Shown here: in pieces, positions 61,495 through 64,000 of the stretch
How positions within the stretch are numbered: the stretch's first letter is position 1
Layout of the letters: every line of letters begins with the position of its first letter
Source of the DNA: Phoronis australis
Lineage: Eukaryota; Animalia; Phoronida
NCBI GenBank assembly: GCA_002633005.1
Contig: NMRA01000458.1
Coordinates: 62,001-126,000 of the forward strand
Length of the DNA: 64,000 nucleotides
Direction: 5' to 3'
The notes under the pieces: model-generated
What the model was told of the DNA's origin: nothing
What the model saw: the letters and a program-made list of their open reading frames with translations, nothing else
Database searches by the model: none
Position numbers and translations under genes: made by a program

Positions 61495-63803
61495 GCATGC
61501 GCCATTTCCTAAATTTTTGTGACATCTCTCGCAAACAATGACAGCTTCGCAGCAACAAAATTTGTTCTAAAATTCGGTTTGCTGGTATAAAAATTCTAAA
61601 AACTTATAATGAAGTGAATCCAGTTCCGATAATTTGCTGTGAGGTGTAACCAACCTTGTGAAAGAACAACAGTTGATTGAAGAATTGACGTAAAAAAGAC
61701 ACTGGCGCCGAAAGTCGACACATAAGATCTCACCACAATTTTTGAAGCACAATAACTGTAGAACATTAATTTTTTCAACCGGTAAATAATTTAGGTTACT
61801 GAAGGAAGAGTGTAGTTTTTAATGGCGCTAATTTTGTGTCAGATTTTATCTGGTCAGTTTTTTACCCACATCGGTGCAAAGCTGTAGCGCCAAGGCTATG
61901 TTGACAATAACCTTGGCTTGGTGCCAAGTTGTAGGCCTACTAGTACTAAATATACAACTCAGGGATGTGTGTAAAAATAATTGGCCAAATAAAATCAGAC
62001 ACAAAATTAGTGTCATCAAAAAGTGTAATTCACCTTGGTTAAACTAAACTATTTAATGGTGTTAGAAAAATGAGCATTCTACTGTTATTCTACTGCTAGA
62101 GTTAGCATATTCACCTTTTGGTTAGTTTCTTTTTTCTGCGATTTCTCCAATCACTTTTTTTTCTTCCACGAGGTTGCTGCGAAACTACCATCAACTCCTG
62201 AGAGATGTTGCAAAAAAATTCAAGAAATGGCTTGTGCGAGTGTCAGGAATGTTTTAAACATGCACAGTGATGCAATTAAAACAGAAATGACTAAATTCAC
62301 AATTTTGTTGACGGAATGAAGGACTCATCTGAAAAAATATTGATTGTGGGAATATTTGTTCATTAAGTTGGAAGGATTTAAACATGGTAGCTTATTTTGA
62401 TTTGTTAGAACTCAAGTATACAATCCCTGAGTTAAGTAGGGACCAGTGCGTATACAAGTACATACTAACCTAGATGTGCCTTAAGTCTGGCGAGGTTCAC
62501 AGTCTGGACAGTATATCACATGTCAATTGCCGTGATTGGTTGCTGCTTGACCTTCAATTTGAGTCATTCAGTGTCATAGGTAATCGAAGATTAAACAGCA
62601 AGTAAATATATGCCTCACATCGTAGCAAACATAGGTAGAGCAACTGGTGATCACAACTTCTCCAAAACAGGTTTCGTTCTTAAGAGCGCTGTCCTGGTCA
62701 CCTGTTCGAAATTACAATGACTGACTTTGGTAAAAGTAAATTCATTCTTTTAGGAGTGTTGTGTCCTAGTAAAATAAGAAACACAAAACGAGGTGTATGA
62801 AATAGAGTGCCTGACATTCTTGAAGCCTTGGGAGGTACGCACTGGTAGTAATGGCAGTCCTTTGATGCTGATGTTGTAGTGTTTTTTTTTTTGTAGACCA
62901 CCTTATAATGACATCCACAGCAGTCACAACCAGCACGACATCCTCGACAACCTCTGGGGCTACTAAAACTCTCAGTTTGAGTGAAACCATACGGCAAATA
63001 GAAGCACAAATAAAGGTATTGAACTTTTTGTTTGGTAAACATCTTAAGAGCATACTAGTATTGTGTTTTCTTCTTTGCTTCATGATTTTTAAGTCGTACT
63101 TTCGCACATACATCCTCATATGGGGTATTAGTGTCAGTTACAAAAAAAAAAATTAAAACTGTAACATTACAATCTATAAGTCATATTTGACACCCTGGAA
63201 GTTCCAGAAATATGGGTAAATTTGTAACGATTTGTCAACCTCACACAGTAGTTGATTCACATGGTAACAATGTCTACAAGACTTGTTTCTGTACTTGGTT
63301 TAAACCACGTGGATTTTCAATGAAGAAGAGGTTCAAAATCACATAAAAGTGATCATCTTTTCGGCCGACTGTAACTCCACTTTACACACCTCAAGCTTAT
63401 TGAAGTGTTAGTTCTCAACTTAATATTTCCCTCCAAACAAGGTTTGGAACGGTGTGTCAAGTTGGAAGTCAAAAGGGTTTGAAATGAAAAAATATGTGTA
63501 CTCTCTTATAGCCAATATCAAAGCAATAAAACCCAAATCAGATTTACAAATTTAGAAACGTAAAAGTATTACAGTGTAGAATTTTACAAAGATGAGTGAA
63601 GAAACCATTCAAATGTCAGAATTCTTTTGAAAGTTGAACTAAAGATTATGGATTTAGACGGAATACATTGTTAGTGACCATGGTGTTTTATATTGCAACT
63701 GTTTTTACAGCTGTTTGGGAATGGACCACACACTACAAAGCAGAAGGAAGATCTGAACAAATTGAACATGCTTTTACAAAAAGCCAAAGTTGAACAGCAC
63801 AAG
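61495..63803 (+). pseudogene. Decayed spliced death-fold-like gene, copy B; downstream exons 62897-63015 and 63711-63803 are open and probably continue beyond the window
   Basis: Homology to 28600-29130 with a 61-nt intron at 61782-61842. Fragments FPKFL*HLSQTMT, EQQLIEELT, HIGAK, SDTK, YLMVLEK*, YHQLLRDVAKK. Phase-consistent GT-AG junctions at 62834/62897 and 63015/63711. Confidence 0.5.
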
Positions 63804-64000
63804 GTAATTGAAGCAGAGTTCTCCTTTGCAAAATAAAAAATTGTGTATTGTCTGTGTCATGTTTTCGTATCCTAATTTCCTTTTCGTAAATTCAGAAAAA
63901 CCACAATTAGTTACTCATTATTTTCACTCAGTCTGTTTGTCACTATCATTTTCAGTGCAAAATAATAGAAATAAGTTCCACTATGCTACACTATTTCTTT

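Overview
Eukaryotic, intron-rich, AT-rich genomic DNA from an animal, probably a marine invertebrate (lophotrochozoan-like; the taxon is inferred). There is one assembly gap (11158-11347). Spliced gene models built by hand: the last four exons of a mitochondrial-clan cytochrome P450 (+, 1514-6684); an intronless Tctex1-domain dynein light chain (+, 13314-13814); two uncharacterised two-exon genes for low-complexity proteins (-, 21973-25025; +, 31939-38599); a tandem pair of secreted coiled-coil + C-type lectins with EPN/WND motifs (-, 40374-45218 and 48981-51259); and a complete nine-exon CCDC174 (-, 51841-60739). The rest is mostly transposon debris: two Ty3/Gypsy remnants (one with LTRs, PBS, PPT and TSD), L1/Tx1 and CRE LINE fragments, Crypton remnants with a long hairpin, tRNA-derived SINEs and many MITEs. 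The most unusual signal is not in the ORF track: two decayed, mutually homologous spliced loci (about 28.0-29.1 kb minus and 61.5-63.8 kb plus) that share a 61-nt intron and translate to death-fold-like (DED/DD, FADD-like) sequence. No rRNA, CRISPR array or genuine tRNA was seen.
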